64,000 bases of DNA from Dehalococcoidia bacterium (GCA_011191985.1 DUEU01000069.1:6424-70423), one strand, 5' to 3'; positions 16,961 through 26,109 are shown, counted from the first letter of the stretch. The notes: generated from the sequence alone by a model not told the origin. Numbers and translations: made by a program.

Positions 16961-19529
16961 TCATCCTTTCCAGCCTGACGGCGCACGTCTTTAAATCAGG
17001 AACCCCGGCTGCCCACAGGTCGTTAACGGGGCTTTCCGGGAACGAGATGGGCATGAAAAGCATCCCCTGAGGCAAAGCTTCGGTCACCCTGACCGCCGCG
17101 GTCACCTCGCCTACCGGTGATACTACCTTTACTGGGTCACTGTCAGCCAGGCCAAGCCGCTGTGCATCACCCCCGCTTACCTCTACCCAGGCCGCCGGCG
17201 AGAACTTCTTCAGCCGCCAGGCCCTCAGGCTGCGGGTACCACTGCCGAAGTGGGGCAGTACCGACCCCGTCAGCAGCGTCAGCGGATAACCATCGCCCGA
17301 TATACTTACCGGTTTATACTCAACCGGTATAAAAAGTCCTGGTTTGACCGATGTTTTTTTCGGTACCAGTTCATCAATCTCATTCCTGACCTCTTGGAGA
17401 GAAGAGTACGGCATCGGCTGGCCCATATAACGGGCCATTTCAAGGAGTATCGCCCAGTCCGGCCGGCTATCGCCAATGGGCTCAATCGCCCGGTTCAGCT
17501 TCTGGACTCTACCCTCGAAATTGGTAAAGGTACCTTCTTTCTCGGCGAAGCTGGCCGCCGGTAAGACGACTTCAGCCAGCCTGGCCGTCTCCGTGAGGAA
17601 CATATCAGCAACCACCAGAAACTCGAGGGCAGCAAGGGCATTTTTAACCAGTGCCGAATCCGGGAAGCTGGCCGTCGGGTTTTCTCCCACGATTAGCATC
17701 GCCTTCAAACTGCCCTTGTCTGCCTGCTCAATCATCTCTAAAGCGGTCAGCCCGGAACCGTCCGGCGGGCTGACTCCCCAGCGTTCCTCAAATTTTCCTC
17801 TTGCCTGAGCATCATCAACGCCCTGATAGCCGGGGAGAAAGTCGGGCAGACTGCCCATATCACCCGCCCCCCGGGCATTGTTTTCCCGCTGTAGGGCAAA
17901 GATGTCCCCTCCCCCATTGCTGATATTACCGGTCAACCGGGCTATATTGGTCAGCGCTAATATGCTGTCAACGCCACTGACATGCTGCGTAATACCGTTG
18001 CCATAAACAATGGCCGCGCTCTCCGCGCCGGCAAAGAGCCGGGCGGCCAGCACTACATCCTGAGTCGGGACGCCGGTAACCTCCGCCACGTATTCGGGGG
18101 TGTATTTCTTCAGGCTCGACACCAGTTCCGTGAAGCCTTTCGTTTTACCAGTTGAGAACTTGGCATCAACGAGTTTTTCTTCAATCATCACCCGGGCCAG
18201 GCCGTTGACAAGCGCAATATCCGTGCCGGGTCGGGGCCGCAGCCAGAGGTTAGCGAACTGGGCCAGCTTCGTCTGTCGGGGGTCGATAAGTAGCAGCCGG
18301 GCACCACGATACCTGACGGCCCGCTTTATGGCATAACCCACCGCCGGCGCCGAAACCGTAGGATCGGCCCCGATGACCATTATCACGCCGGCCTGCTCGA
18401 GGTCTTCAATCGAGTTAGGCGTAGCCGGAATACCGGCCGACCGTTCCAGACCAAGCCGCCTAGCGGAGCTATACAGCCGGCTGCCGTTATCGATATTGTT
18501 GGTGCCAATAACGGCTCGCGCCAGCCTCTGCAGCAGGTAGTTCTCCTCGTTGGTGCACTTGGAGGAACCCAGGACAGCCAGACTGTCGGCGCCGTGTTTT
18601 TCCTTTATCCGGTTGAATTCACTGGCGACCCGTTCCAGGGCTTGTTCCCAGGATACCGGCTCAAATTCACCGTTCACCTTGACCAGGGGAGCGGTGAGCC
18701 GCTCCGGGCTGTGGACGAAATCGCAGCCGTAGCTTCCCCGGACACAAAGCGTGCCCCGATTCACCGGACTAGCGGTGCCCGGTATGACCCGTACCAGATG
18801 GTTGTCCTTTACCTCCAGACTGATACTGCAGCCACAGCCGCAGAAGGGGCACACGCTGTCAACAGAATGGGAGGTCGTCCCCCCGTATGCCCGCTCCTTT
18901 TCCATAAGGGCGCCGGTAGGACAAATGGCCACACAACTCCCGCAGAAGGTGCACTCCGACTGTTCCAGCGGCGTATTATTCACGGTTGACGGTCGGGAGG
19001 CAAAGCCCCGCCCGATATAATCAATGGCACCCTCGACAACCAGCTCCTGGTCAACGCGAATGCACTTGGCGCAAAGGATACATTTGGAGAGGTCCCGCTC
19101 AATGAAGGGGTTGACTTCCTCGATGGTAGCTGCCTGGGGAATCCTCTGCAATTCCACCAGACCGACACCAAGCTCGGCGGCTATCTGCCGCAACTTGCAG
19201 CGGTTGCCCTTATCGCAGACAAGGCAGGAATCAGGGTGGCTAGCCAGCAGGAGCTGGACAATAACCCGGCGGCGCTCTATCACCCGCGGTGAGTGGGTGG
19301 CAATTACCATCCCCGGGGCTATCGGGGTGGCACAGGCTACCACCAGTGCCCCGGACTGCTCGTTCTCTACCAGACAGAGCCGACAGGCGCCAACCGGAGC
19401 CAGATAAGGCTCATGACATAGGGTAGGGATTTCCACCCCGGATTCCTGGGCCAGTTCCAGGATGGTCATCCCTGGATAACCGCTAACCGCTACCCCGTCA
19501 AGCGTAATCGTGATTGCTTCCAACCACAC
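16947..19529 (-). CDS. Formate-dehydrogenase-alpha / NuoG-like molybdopterin-fold FeS subunit lacking the catalytic Sec/Cys
   Basis: 860 aa with N-terminal 2Fe-2S (CRLC..C), a His-ligated 4Fe-4S (HPDSCLVCDKGNRC), 2x 4Fe-4S, an MopB-type cluster (CPFCGCGC..C) and MGD-fold domains. The Fdh active-site stretch reads GSRLYSS instead of CARV(U/C)HG. The start may be TTG 19523 (5 nt after GGAGG) rather than GTG 19529. Confidence 0.8.
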   Translation of the reverse strand: MWLEAITITLDGVAVSGYPGMTILELAQESGVEIPTLCHEPYLAPVGACRLCLVENEQSGALVVACATPIAPGMVIATHSPRVIERRRVIVQLLLASHPDSCLVCDKGNRCKLRQIAAELGVGLVELQRIPQAATIEEVNPFIERDLSKCILCAKCIRVDQELVVEGAIDYIGRGFASRPSTVNNTPLEQSECTFCGSCVAICPTGALMEKERAYGGTTSHSVDSVCPFCGCGCSISLEVKDNHLVRVIPGTASPVNRGTLCVRGSYGCDFVHSPERLTAPLVKVNGEFEPVSWEQALERVASEFNRIKEKHGADSLAVLGSSKCTNEENYLLQRLARAVIGTNNIDNGSRLYSSARRLGLERSAGIPATPNSIEDLEQAGVIMVIGADPTVSAPAVGYAIKRAVRYRGARLLLIDPRQTKLAQFANLWLRPRPGTDIALVNGLARVMIEEKLVDAKFSTGKTKGFTELVSSLKKYTPEYVAEVTGVPTQDVVLAARLFAGAESAAIVYGNGITQHVSGVDSILALTNIARLTGNISNGGGDIFALQRENNARGAGDMGSLPDFLPGYQGVDDAQARGKFEERWGVSPPDGSGLTALEMIEQADKGSLKAMLIVGENPTASFPDSALVKNALAALEFLVVADMFLTETARLAEVVLPAASFAEKEGTFTNFEGRVQKLNRAIEPIGDSRPDWAILLEMARYMGQPMPYSSLQEVRNEIDELVPKKTSVKPGLFIPVEYKPVSISGDGYPLTLLTGSVLPHFGSGTRSLRAWRLKKFSPAAWVEVSGGDAQRLGLADSDPVKVVSPVGEVTAAVRVTEALPQGMLFMPISFPESPVNDLWAAGVPDLKTCAVRLERMSADG

Positions 19530-19730
19530 CTCCTACCAACGCTGTGACTTGACTGCCTATTTACTGCCAGCGTACCTGAACCAATCTACTTGACTTACTT
19601 TCCCCATGCCAGATACAAGACGACAATCCACGGCGATTCTGGCAAAAAGCCCACGCTCATATCTATATATGGTGCTCTACTCTGGCTAAGACCTGAAGCA
19701 GCCGGTATTACCGGTTGGGATAAGCGTATA

Positions 19731-19759
19731 CTAAAAACCGGAGTATGTCAATACTCCGG
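19731..19759 (-). terminator. Intrinsic-terminator-like hairpin oriented on the minus strand
   Basis: Perfect 9-bp stem CCGGAGTAT / ATACTCCGG with a 4-nt loop (19738-19759), followed on the minus strand by TTTTT (19737-19733). No annotated minus-strand gene lies upstream of it. Confidence 0.4.
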
Positions 19760-19877
19760 CCCATAAAAGCGGTATACGCAGACGGTGGGACTCTTTCTGT
19801 TAGACGGTAACTCGCCAGCCAGTACGTTTGTACCGGTACATAGTGCTTGTACCGTGCTTCCCCTTTGCCCCTGTATC

Positions 19878-19886
19878 TGGTATAAT
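19878..19886 (+). promoter_or_regulatory. Extended -10 promoter element upstream of ftsH
   Basis: TGGTATAAT (TGnTATAAT) 41 nt upstream of the ftsH ATG. The -35 is weak. Confidence 0.4.
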
Positions 19887-19926
19887 AAAACTAGCAAAAG
19901 GATTAACCGGACAGCGGGAGCAGGGT

Positions 19927-21870
19927 ATGAAGCAAGGTGGTATATCCAAGATATTGTTCTTTGTAGTAATCATCGTCGGCGGGATAGCGTTATTCTCGCT
20001 GCTCTTCCAGGACACGGATAAACCGAAAGATATTCCCCTGAGTGAAGTTGTCACCATGTCACAGAACAACCAGATAAAAAGTATCCTGGTGGACGGTGAT
20101 ACCTTACTCATCACGGCAACTGACGGCGCCGAGTACCGGGCTTTTAAGGAAAGCAATGCCACGATATATGACATTGAAGGGCTCAACCTTGAAGCTGTGG
20201 AAGAGTTAAATGTTAAAGATTCCGGCAGCTTTAACTGGGGAGGGCTGCTCATTAACTTCCTGCCCCTGCTAATCTTCGGTGGCCTGTTATTCTTCCTTTT
20301 CCGGCAGGCGCGGGGGGCTAATAGCCAAGCACTCAGCTTCGGTCGCAGCCGTGCCAGACTGTTCCCGGCTGACAAGCCGCAGGTAACGTTTGATGATGTC
20401 GCCGGGGTTGAGGAAGCCAAACAGGAACTGCACGAGGTGGTCGACTTTTTGAAGTCGCGCGAGAAGTTCCAGACGCTGGGGGCGCGTATACCCAAGGGTA
20501 TCCTGCTGGTCGGCCCACCGGGAACAGGCAAGACGCTGCTGGCGCGGGCCATCGCCGGTGAGGCCGGGGTGCCTTTCTTCTCCATCAGCGGCAGTGAATT
20601 CGTCGAGATGTTTGTCGGCGTCGGCGCCTCAAGAGTACGCGACCTATTCGACCAGGCAAAACGCAACGCCCCCTGCATCATCTTTATTGATGAGATTGAT
20701 GCCGTCGGCCGCCACCGTGGCGCTGGTCTCGGGGGCAGCCATGACGAGCGGGAACAAACCCTCAACCAGATTCTGGTAGAGATGGACGGCTTTGATACCA
20801 GCACCAATGTCATCATCCTGGCTGCCACCAACCGCCCGGATATACTTGACCCCGCCCTGCTCCGCCCCGGCCGTTTTGATCGGCGCGTCATCCTGGACCG
20901 CCCGGATATCAACGGCCGACTCGGCATCCTCAAGGTCCACTGCAAGGGTAAACCCCTCGGCGAGTCTGTTGACCTTGAAGTACTGGCCAAACAGACGGCC
21001 GGCTTCAGCGGCGCTGACCTGGCCAACTTGGTGAACGAGGCCGCCATACTGGCGGCGAGGCGGGGCAAGCAGGTAATTGAGATGCAGGAACTTGAGGAGT
21101 CTATTGACCGGGTGATTGCCGGCCCGGAGCGAAAGAGCCGCAAGATAAGCCCCAAAGAGAAAGAGGTTATTGCTTATCACGAGGCCGGCCACGCCCTGGT
21201 TGCCAAGATGCTGCCCAATGCCGACCCAGTGCATAAAATCTCCATAGTGTCGCGCGGGATGGCGCTGGGATACACCAAGCAGATACCCATCGAGGACCGG
21301 TACCTCATCTCGCGTTCCCAGATTATGGACATGCTGGCCTCTCTCCTCGGCGGGCGCACTGCTGAAGACCTCATCTTTAATGAAATAACCTCAGGGGCCG
21401 CCGATGATATTAAACGGGCCACGGAACTGGCCCGCCGGATGGTAACCGATTTTGGCATGAGCAACAAACTGGGCCCCCGTACCTTCGGTGACAAGCAGGA
21501 ACTGGTCTTCCTCGGCCGGGAAATATCCGAGCAGAAAGACTACGGCGACAAGATAGCCGATGCCATTGATGAGGAAGTCAACGGGGTAATTCGCCACGCC
21601 CAGGAGACCGCCCTTAAGATATTAACGGAGAATAGAGACAAACTGGTTACTCTTGCCGAGAAGCTGATTGAGAAAGAGACACTTGAAGGTGAGGATCTGG
21701 ACGCCGTATTAAGCGAAACGACACCATCAGAACCCCCCAAAACGATACCGCCCGCCCCCGTCCCGGCAGAGGCAAACGCTAAAGAAAAAAAGCGGGCACC
21801 CAAGGCAAAGCCGGTGCCCAAGATATCACCCCCGGTCTTCCCGGAACGGGCTCCGTTAACACCCGATTAG
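19927..21870 (+). CDS. ftsH: ATP-dependent zinc metalloprotease FtsH
   Basis: Walker A (GPPGTGKT), Walker B (IIFIDEIDA), SRH, and the HEAGHA zinc site. Start moved from 19828 to ATG 19927 (MKQGGISK..., followed by a TM helix) with GGGAG upstream. Confidence 0.95.
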   Translation: MKQGGISKILFFVVIIVGGIALFSLLFQDTDKPKDIPLSEVVTMSQNNQIKSILVDGDTLLITATDGAEYRAFKESNATIYDIEGLNLEAVEELNVKDSGSFNWGGLLINFLPLLIFGGLLFFLFRQARGANSQALSFGRSRARLFPADKPQVTFDDVAGVEEAKQELHEVVDFLKSREKFQTLGARIPKGILLVGPPGTGKTLLARAIAGEAGVPFFSISGSEFVEMFVGVGASRVRDLFDQAKRNAPCIIFIDEIDAVGRHRGAGLGGSHDEREQTLNQILVEMDGFDTSTNVIILAATNRPDILDPALLRPGRFDRRVILDRPDINGRLGILKVHCKGKPLGESVDLEVLAKQTAGFSGADLANLVNEAAILAARRGKQVIEMQELEESIDRVIAGPERKSRKISPKEKEVIAYHEAGHALVAKMLPNADPVHKISIVSRGMALGYTKQIPIEDRYLISRSQIMDMLASLLGGRTAEDLIFNEITSGAADDIKRATELARRMVTDFGMSNKLGPRTFGDKQELVFLGREISEQKDYGDKIADAIDEEVNGVIRHAQETALKILTENRDKLVTLAEKLIEKETLEGEDLDAVLSETTPSEPPKTIPPAPVPAEANAKEKKRAPKAKPVPKISPPVFPERAPLTPD

Positions 21871-21880
21871 AGCGCGATAC

Positions 21881-22285
21881 ATGATCGAGATTACCCGGCA
21901 GCCGATTTCCCCCGAAGTAGTAATTAATCGGGCAAAAAGTGACAGCAGCGGCTGCGTGGTTACCTATGTCGGGCTTATTCGTAATGAATCTCATGGTAAA
22001 CCGGTTCTCTCTGTGGAATACCAGGACCCTGGGGGCAACGCCCAGTGCAGACTGCAAGAAATCGCTGACCAGGTTAGAGCCAAGTGGCCGGTAAATAACG
22101 TCGCCATAACCCACCGCATTGGTATTCTCGAGGTGGGAGACATGAACCTGGTTGTTGCCATCGCCGCGGCACACCGTGAGGAAGGCCTGGCCGCCTGCCG
22201 GTATGCCGTCGATCTGTTCAAAGAGTGTCTGCCCACCCGCAAAAAGGAGACTTACCAGGACGGTAGCATCTTGACCGGGGACTAG
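21881..22285 (+). CDS. moaE: Molybdopterin synthase catalytic subunit MoaE
   Basis: 134 aa with a MoaE-like pattern (TYVGLIRN.., ITHRIGILEVGD, VAIAAAHR..A..A..Y.VD..K). Confidence 0.75.
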   Translation: MIEITRQPISPEVVINRAKSDSSGCVVTYVGLIRNESHGKPVLSVEYQDPGGNAQCRLQEIADQVRAKWPVNNVAITHRIGILEVGDMNLVVAIAAAHREEGLAACRYAVDLFKECLPTRKKETYQDGSILTGD

Positions 22286-22369
22286 ACCTCCACAATGCCA
22301 GAATACTCGAAGGGCTGCTTTTCAAAACACGTTATGGCCGAAGTACAGCACTCTTGGGGGAAAAAGAAG

Positions 22370-23338
22370 TCATTCTTTACGTTTGATAACGTAGTTGGCC
22401 AGGGCCAGTAATGCCCGGCGGCTGGTATTATCCGGCAAATGGTTAAGGTTGCGGCAGGCCGCGGTGCTATACTCCCCAGCAATATCGTAGCACTCTTCAA
22501 CAATTGCTGAATTGCCGACCCACTCCACCGCCTGCCTCATGTCATCCAAGCTTGTCGGGTCTTTAAAAAACCTCTTTACCGGATTATCTTCGGGGTAACG
22601 CTCCAGGAGAAGCATCGCCGGCAGGGTGAGCGTCCCCTGAGCCAGGTCTGACCCCACCGGTTTACCCAGCTCTTCTTCATTACCGATAAAATCAAGCACG
22701 TCATCTACGATCTGGAAGGCGATACCTAGGTTATGGCCGTACTCCTTCAGAATCGTTACCGCACTCTCGGGGGCCTGACTCAGAACAGCCCCGGACTCCG
22801 TTGACAGCACGAATAGCGAGGCGGTCTTAGCGATAATCCTCGCCAGGTACTGCTCACGAGTCTGTTCCAGACGAAAGGCGTCGAAGCTCTGCCTCAACTC
22901 ACCGCTGGAGATGGTGGCCAGGGTCTGAGCAAACAACTTGGTCACCAGTACCACGCCGGTATTGGCACAGTGTTCTCCTGCTCGGGCAAACAGGTAATCC
23001 CCGAGTAGAACCGCCTTGTCTTCACCCCAAATCGCATTGACCGTTGGCAGGCCGCGACGAACTGCCGACTTGTCAATAGTATCATCGTGAACCAGGGTGG
23101 CCGTATGCAACAGCTCAACGGCAACTGCCATCGACAGCAGTGCATCGCGGTTATAGTTATAGAAATTCCCCGATAGAAGGGTAAGGATAGGCCGTACCCG
23201 CTTGCCGCCCGCCTTAAGGCTATGGTCCAGCAGTTCCGAGAGGTGTTTATCAGGAACCTGGCTCATCGACCTCAGCCTGTCTTCCACGCTATTCAGGTCT
23301 TCCTGGATTGGCTCATAAATGGCGCTAAGCGGCAACAC
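22370..23338 (-). CDS. Long-chain polyprenyl diphosphate synthase (hepta/octaprenyl type)
   Basis: 322 aa with both Asp-rich motifs (LVHDDTIDK and QIVDDVLDF). GTG start with GAGGAG RBS. Confidence 0.85.
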   Translation of the reverse strand: MLPLSAIYEPIQEDLNSVEDRLRSMSQVPDKHLSELLDHSLKAGGKRVRPILTLLSGNFYNYNRDALLSMAVAVELLHTATLVHDDTIDKSAVRRGLPTVNAIWGEDKAVLLGDYLFARAGEHCANTGVVLVTKLFAQTLATISSGELRQSFDAFRLEQTREQYLARIIAKTASLFVLSTESGAVLSQAPESAVTILKEYGHNLGIAFQIVDDVLDFIGNEEELGKPVGSDLAQGTLTLPAMLLLERYPEDNPVKRFFKDPTSLDDMRQAVEWVGNSAIVEECYDIAGEYSTAACRNLNHLPDNTSRRALLALANYVIKRKE

Positions 23339-23350
23339 TCTTCCCGCTCC

Positions 23351-25018
23351 TCAAATATATTTGCCCAGACGGCCGGCTTCTTCATCAGCCAGCTTTTCGT
23401 CAAGCTTGCTAAACAGCGGCTCCGGCGGGAGCAACCTCTGCCCCGGTGACGGCAGTCGTGGCTGCCATCCATCTGCTTCCAGGCTACCGTCGAACCCGAG
23501 AAGCTGATGCAGCTTCTCGGAACTGAAAGGCAGGAAGGGATACAGCATCGTTTTCAGATAGGCAATGACGACAATGGCCACGTATAGCGAGTCCGCCGCC
23601 GCCTGTCGGCTCTCCTTAACCGCTTTCCAGGGCGACTTCTCCTCCAGGTAGCGGTTTGCTTCCTGCGCCAGTTGCATGGCCGACCCTATCGCCAGTCGAA
23701 ACTGGCATCGGGAAAGCAGCCCGTCTTCCGTCGTCATGGATTCTCTGGCTTTTTCAATCAGGCTCTGGCTGCTGGTGTCCAGGGCACCAGGCGTGGGTAC
23801 GCAGCCGTCGAAGTTGCGGTAGGTAAAAGTGAGCACCCGGTGCACCAGATTGCCATAGGTAGCTACCAGTTCGTCATTGTTGCGACGGATAAGCTCGCGC
23901 CAGGAAAAGTCGGTATCCCCCGTCTCCGGCATGTTGACCGAAAGCAGATAGCGCAACGGATCTGGGTCATAGCGGGACAAATAGTCGGGCAGCCACACTG
24001 CCCAGTTGCGACTGCTGGAGAGCTTGCGACCTTCGATGGTCAGGAACTCATTGGCCGGCACATCGTAGGGCAAATTGAGCCCGCCGTAGCCCATCAGCAT
24101 TGCCGGCCATATCATGGTATGAAAGGGGATATTATCCTTGCCGATAAAGTAGTAGCTTTTGGCCTCATCCTGCCAGAACCGGCGCCACCTTTCGCTATCG
24201 CCGGTAGACATAGCCCACTCCTTGGACGCCGAGAGATAGCCGATAACGGCCTCAAACCATACGTAGAGACGCTTATTCTCAAAACCGGCCACCGGCACAG
24301 GTACTCCCCAATCTATGTCGCGGGTAATGGCCCGGTCAATAAGCCCCTCCTCCAGATAGCGCTGGGTGAAGTTAAGGACATTCTGTCGCCAGTGGGTCTG
24401 CTGCCGTACCCAGTCCAGTAGCCGGTCGCGAAACTCACTCAGCTTAAAGAAGAAGTGCTCCGAGTCGCGGAACTGTGGCGGCGTACCACAAAGGCGGCAA
24501 CGCGGTTCGGTCAGCTCGGCCGGGTTTAGCGGCCGACCGCAGTTATCGCACTGGTCACCCCGGGCCCCGGTAAAGCCGCAGTGGGGACAGGTACCCTCAA
24601 TATAGCGGTCGGGCAGAAAGCGCCGGCACTGTGGGCAGTAGGCCTGCGATACCGTAGACCGGTAGACATAGCCCTTATCGAGCAGGGTCAGAAACATGTC
24701 CTGGGCCACCTTGGCATGGTTGGCCGTCTCGGTGCTGGTGAACAGGTCAAAGGAGATGCCCAGTTTCTGCCAGGAATCAAGAAATTCCCGGTGATACCGG
24801 TCAGCTATCTCCTTTGGTTCTTTGCCCTCCTGCTCCGCCTTGATGGTTATCGGGGTGCCATGCTGGTCGGAGCCCGACACCATCAGCACCTGATTGCCCT
24901 TCATGCGATGGTAGCGGGCAAATATGTCCGGTGGTAGATAGGCACCGGCAATCTGGCCCAGGTGCAGCGAGCCATTGGCATAAGGCCAGGCTACCGCGAC
25001 CAGTATTGTCTCACTCAT
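23351..25018 (-). CDS. metG: Methionine--tRNA ligase
   Basis: 555 aa with a HIGH-type region (PYANGSLHLGQ), zinc knuckles (CPQC..CPHC, CDNC..CRLC) and a KMSKS-type loop (RKLSSSR). Confidence 0.95.
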   Translation of the reverse strand: MSETILVAVAWPYANGSLHLGQIAGAYLPPDIFARYHRMKGNQVLMVSGSDQHGTPITIKAEQEGKEPKEIADRYHREFLDSWQKLGISFDLFTSTETANHAKVAQDMFLTLLDKGYVYRSTVSQAYCPQCRRFLPDRYIEGTCPHCGFTGARGDQCDNCGRPLNPAELTEPRCRLCGTPPQFRDSEHFFFKLSEFRDRLLDWVRQQTHWRQNVLNFTQRYLEEGLIDRAITRDIDWGVPVPVAGFENKRLYVWFEAVIGYLSASKEWAMSTGDSERWRRFWQDEAKSYYFIGKDNIPFHTMIWPAMLMGYGGLNLPYDVPANEFLTIEGRKLSSSRNWAVWLPDYLSRYDPDPLRYLLSVNMPETGDTDFSWRELIRRNNDELVATYGNLVHRVLTFTYRNFDGCVPTPGALDTSSQSLIEKARESMTTEDGLLSRCQFRLAIGSAMQLAQEANRYLEEKSPWKAVKESRQAAADSLYVAIVVIAYLKTMLYPFLPFSSEKLHQLLGFDGSLEADGWQPRLPSPGQRLLPPEPLFSKLDEKLADEEAGRLGKYI

Positions 25019-25068
25019 AACTCGCCCCCTGACCGGAAGGCGGCATAATACTTAATCACTACTCTAAC

Positions 25069-25287
25069 CTAAGGGCTACTGTCCACGCCGACAAAGAAAG
25101 TGGTCGTTTTTTCTCCCTTCTCCTCCTTGTACTGAGCATAACCCTTGGTCAGGGCACATTCGATACACAAACGCTCCACAGTGTCCTCCGCCTCGCTACC
25201 TATGGCCAGGTAGCGCTCCAGATAATGTATGGTGCGATGACAGGCATCACACCGGACATCACCCATAGAGATACAGCCACAACGCAT
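25069..25287 (-). CDS. Small Cys-rich (zinc-ribbon-like) protein
   Basis: 72 aa with CDAC...CIEC pairs. It starts 3 nt after the rsmI stop, and metG lies 50 nt downstream on the same strand. Confidence 0.5.
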   Translation of the reverse strand: MRCGCISMGDVRCDACHRTIHYLERYLAIGSEAEDTVERLCIECALTKGYAQYKEEKGEKTTTFFVGVDSSP

Positions 25288-25290
25288 CTA

Positions 25291-26109
25291 TTACCTCCTT
25301 AGCTTAAGCCAGGCCTGATATAGCTGCCTCTTTGGTAGACCGGTCTCGCCAGATAACCGGGATATTGCCTCCCGGGCCGTCATGCCGGCCTGGTGCATCT
25401 GCCGAAGCCTGTCCCCGACTTCCCGGGTCATCTCAGGCTTGTCCCTTGCCTGCTTACCTTCAATTACCAGGGTAAACTCGCCCTTCGGCTCGGTAAAATA
25501 GGCCATCGCCTGGCTGACCTTCCCCCGGAAAACCTCTTCGTAAACCTTGGTAAGCTCGCGGCAAACGGCCAGCCTCCGGTCACCGAGAACCGCCAGTATG
25601 TCGCCCAGCGAGGCCGGCAGCCGGTGAGGAGACTCCAGAACGACAACCGCCCCTGACTCGGTGGCAACCGACTCCAGCATCCGGCGTCGCTCACCAGCCC
25701 GGTGTGGTAAGAATCCGAGATAAGTAAATCGCCGAGCGTCCAGCCCAGATATGGCCAGTGCGGCGGTAACGGCTGAGGCGCCGGGCACCGGCACCACCGG
25801 TATCTGCCGCTCGCTAGCTGCCAGAACCAGTTCGTGGCCAGTGTCGGACACCCCTGGCATACCGGCATCGGCTACCAGGGCCACGTCCCCGTCTTCAAGG
25901 CACTTTAAAACGTAGCCCAGCTTTGTCCACTTGTTACGCTCGTGGTAACTCGTCACCGGTGTCTTGATATCGTAGGTAGTCGCCAGTATCCTGGTCCGGC
26001 GCGTATCTTCAGCAGCAATCAACTTCACTTCACGTAGAACCCGCAGGGCACGCAGCGAAATATCCTCCAGATTACCGATAGGGGTCGCTACCACGTACAG
26101 CGTCGGCAT
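25291..26109 (-). CDS. rsmI: 16S rRNA (cytidine1402-2'-O)-methyltransferase RsmI
   Basis: LYVVATPIGNLEDIS and EDTRRT motifs of the tetrapyrrole-methylase-fold RsmI. Start moved from 26190 to ATG 26109 (MPTLYVV). Confidence 0.9.
   Translation of the reverse strand: MPTLYVVATPIGNLEDISLRALRVLREVKLIAAEDTRRTRILATTYDIKTPVTSYHERNKWTKLGYVLKCLEDGDVALVADAGMPGVSDTGHELVLAASERQIPVVPVPGASAVTAALAISGLDARRFTYLGFLPHRAGERRRMLESVATESGAVVVLESPHRLPASLGDILAVLGDRRLAVCRELTKVYEEVFRGKVSQAMAYFTEPKGEFTLVIEGKQARDKPEMTREVGDRLRQMHQAGMTAREAISRLSGETGLPKRQLYQAWLKLRR

Noticed and set aside
16947-19529. Selenocysteine-containing formate dehydrogenase
   Set aside because: The ORF is uninterrupted with no in-frame TGA, and the residue aligned to Sec/Cys is Tyr. 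Nothing here supports Sec usage.
19828-19926. N-terminal extensions offered by the ORF track for ftsH. The same issue applies to 118-906, 25291-26190, 28705-29541, 30036, 37502, 44069, 45717, 57329-58666, 59408-60157 and 60293-62941.
   Set aside because: Internal start codons coincide with the conserved protein N-termini, have GGAGG-like RBSs at proper spacing, and often abut the upstream stop. The extensions overlap upstream genes or promoters.
19530-19926. SAM-I or THF riboswitch controlling the fdh-like-metF operon
   Set aside because: I looked on the minus strand for the SAM-I core (CUUAUCAAGAG...GGCCC...GCAACC) and for a THF-type fold and could not find them. Only an isolated TTATC was present.
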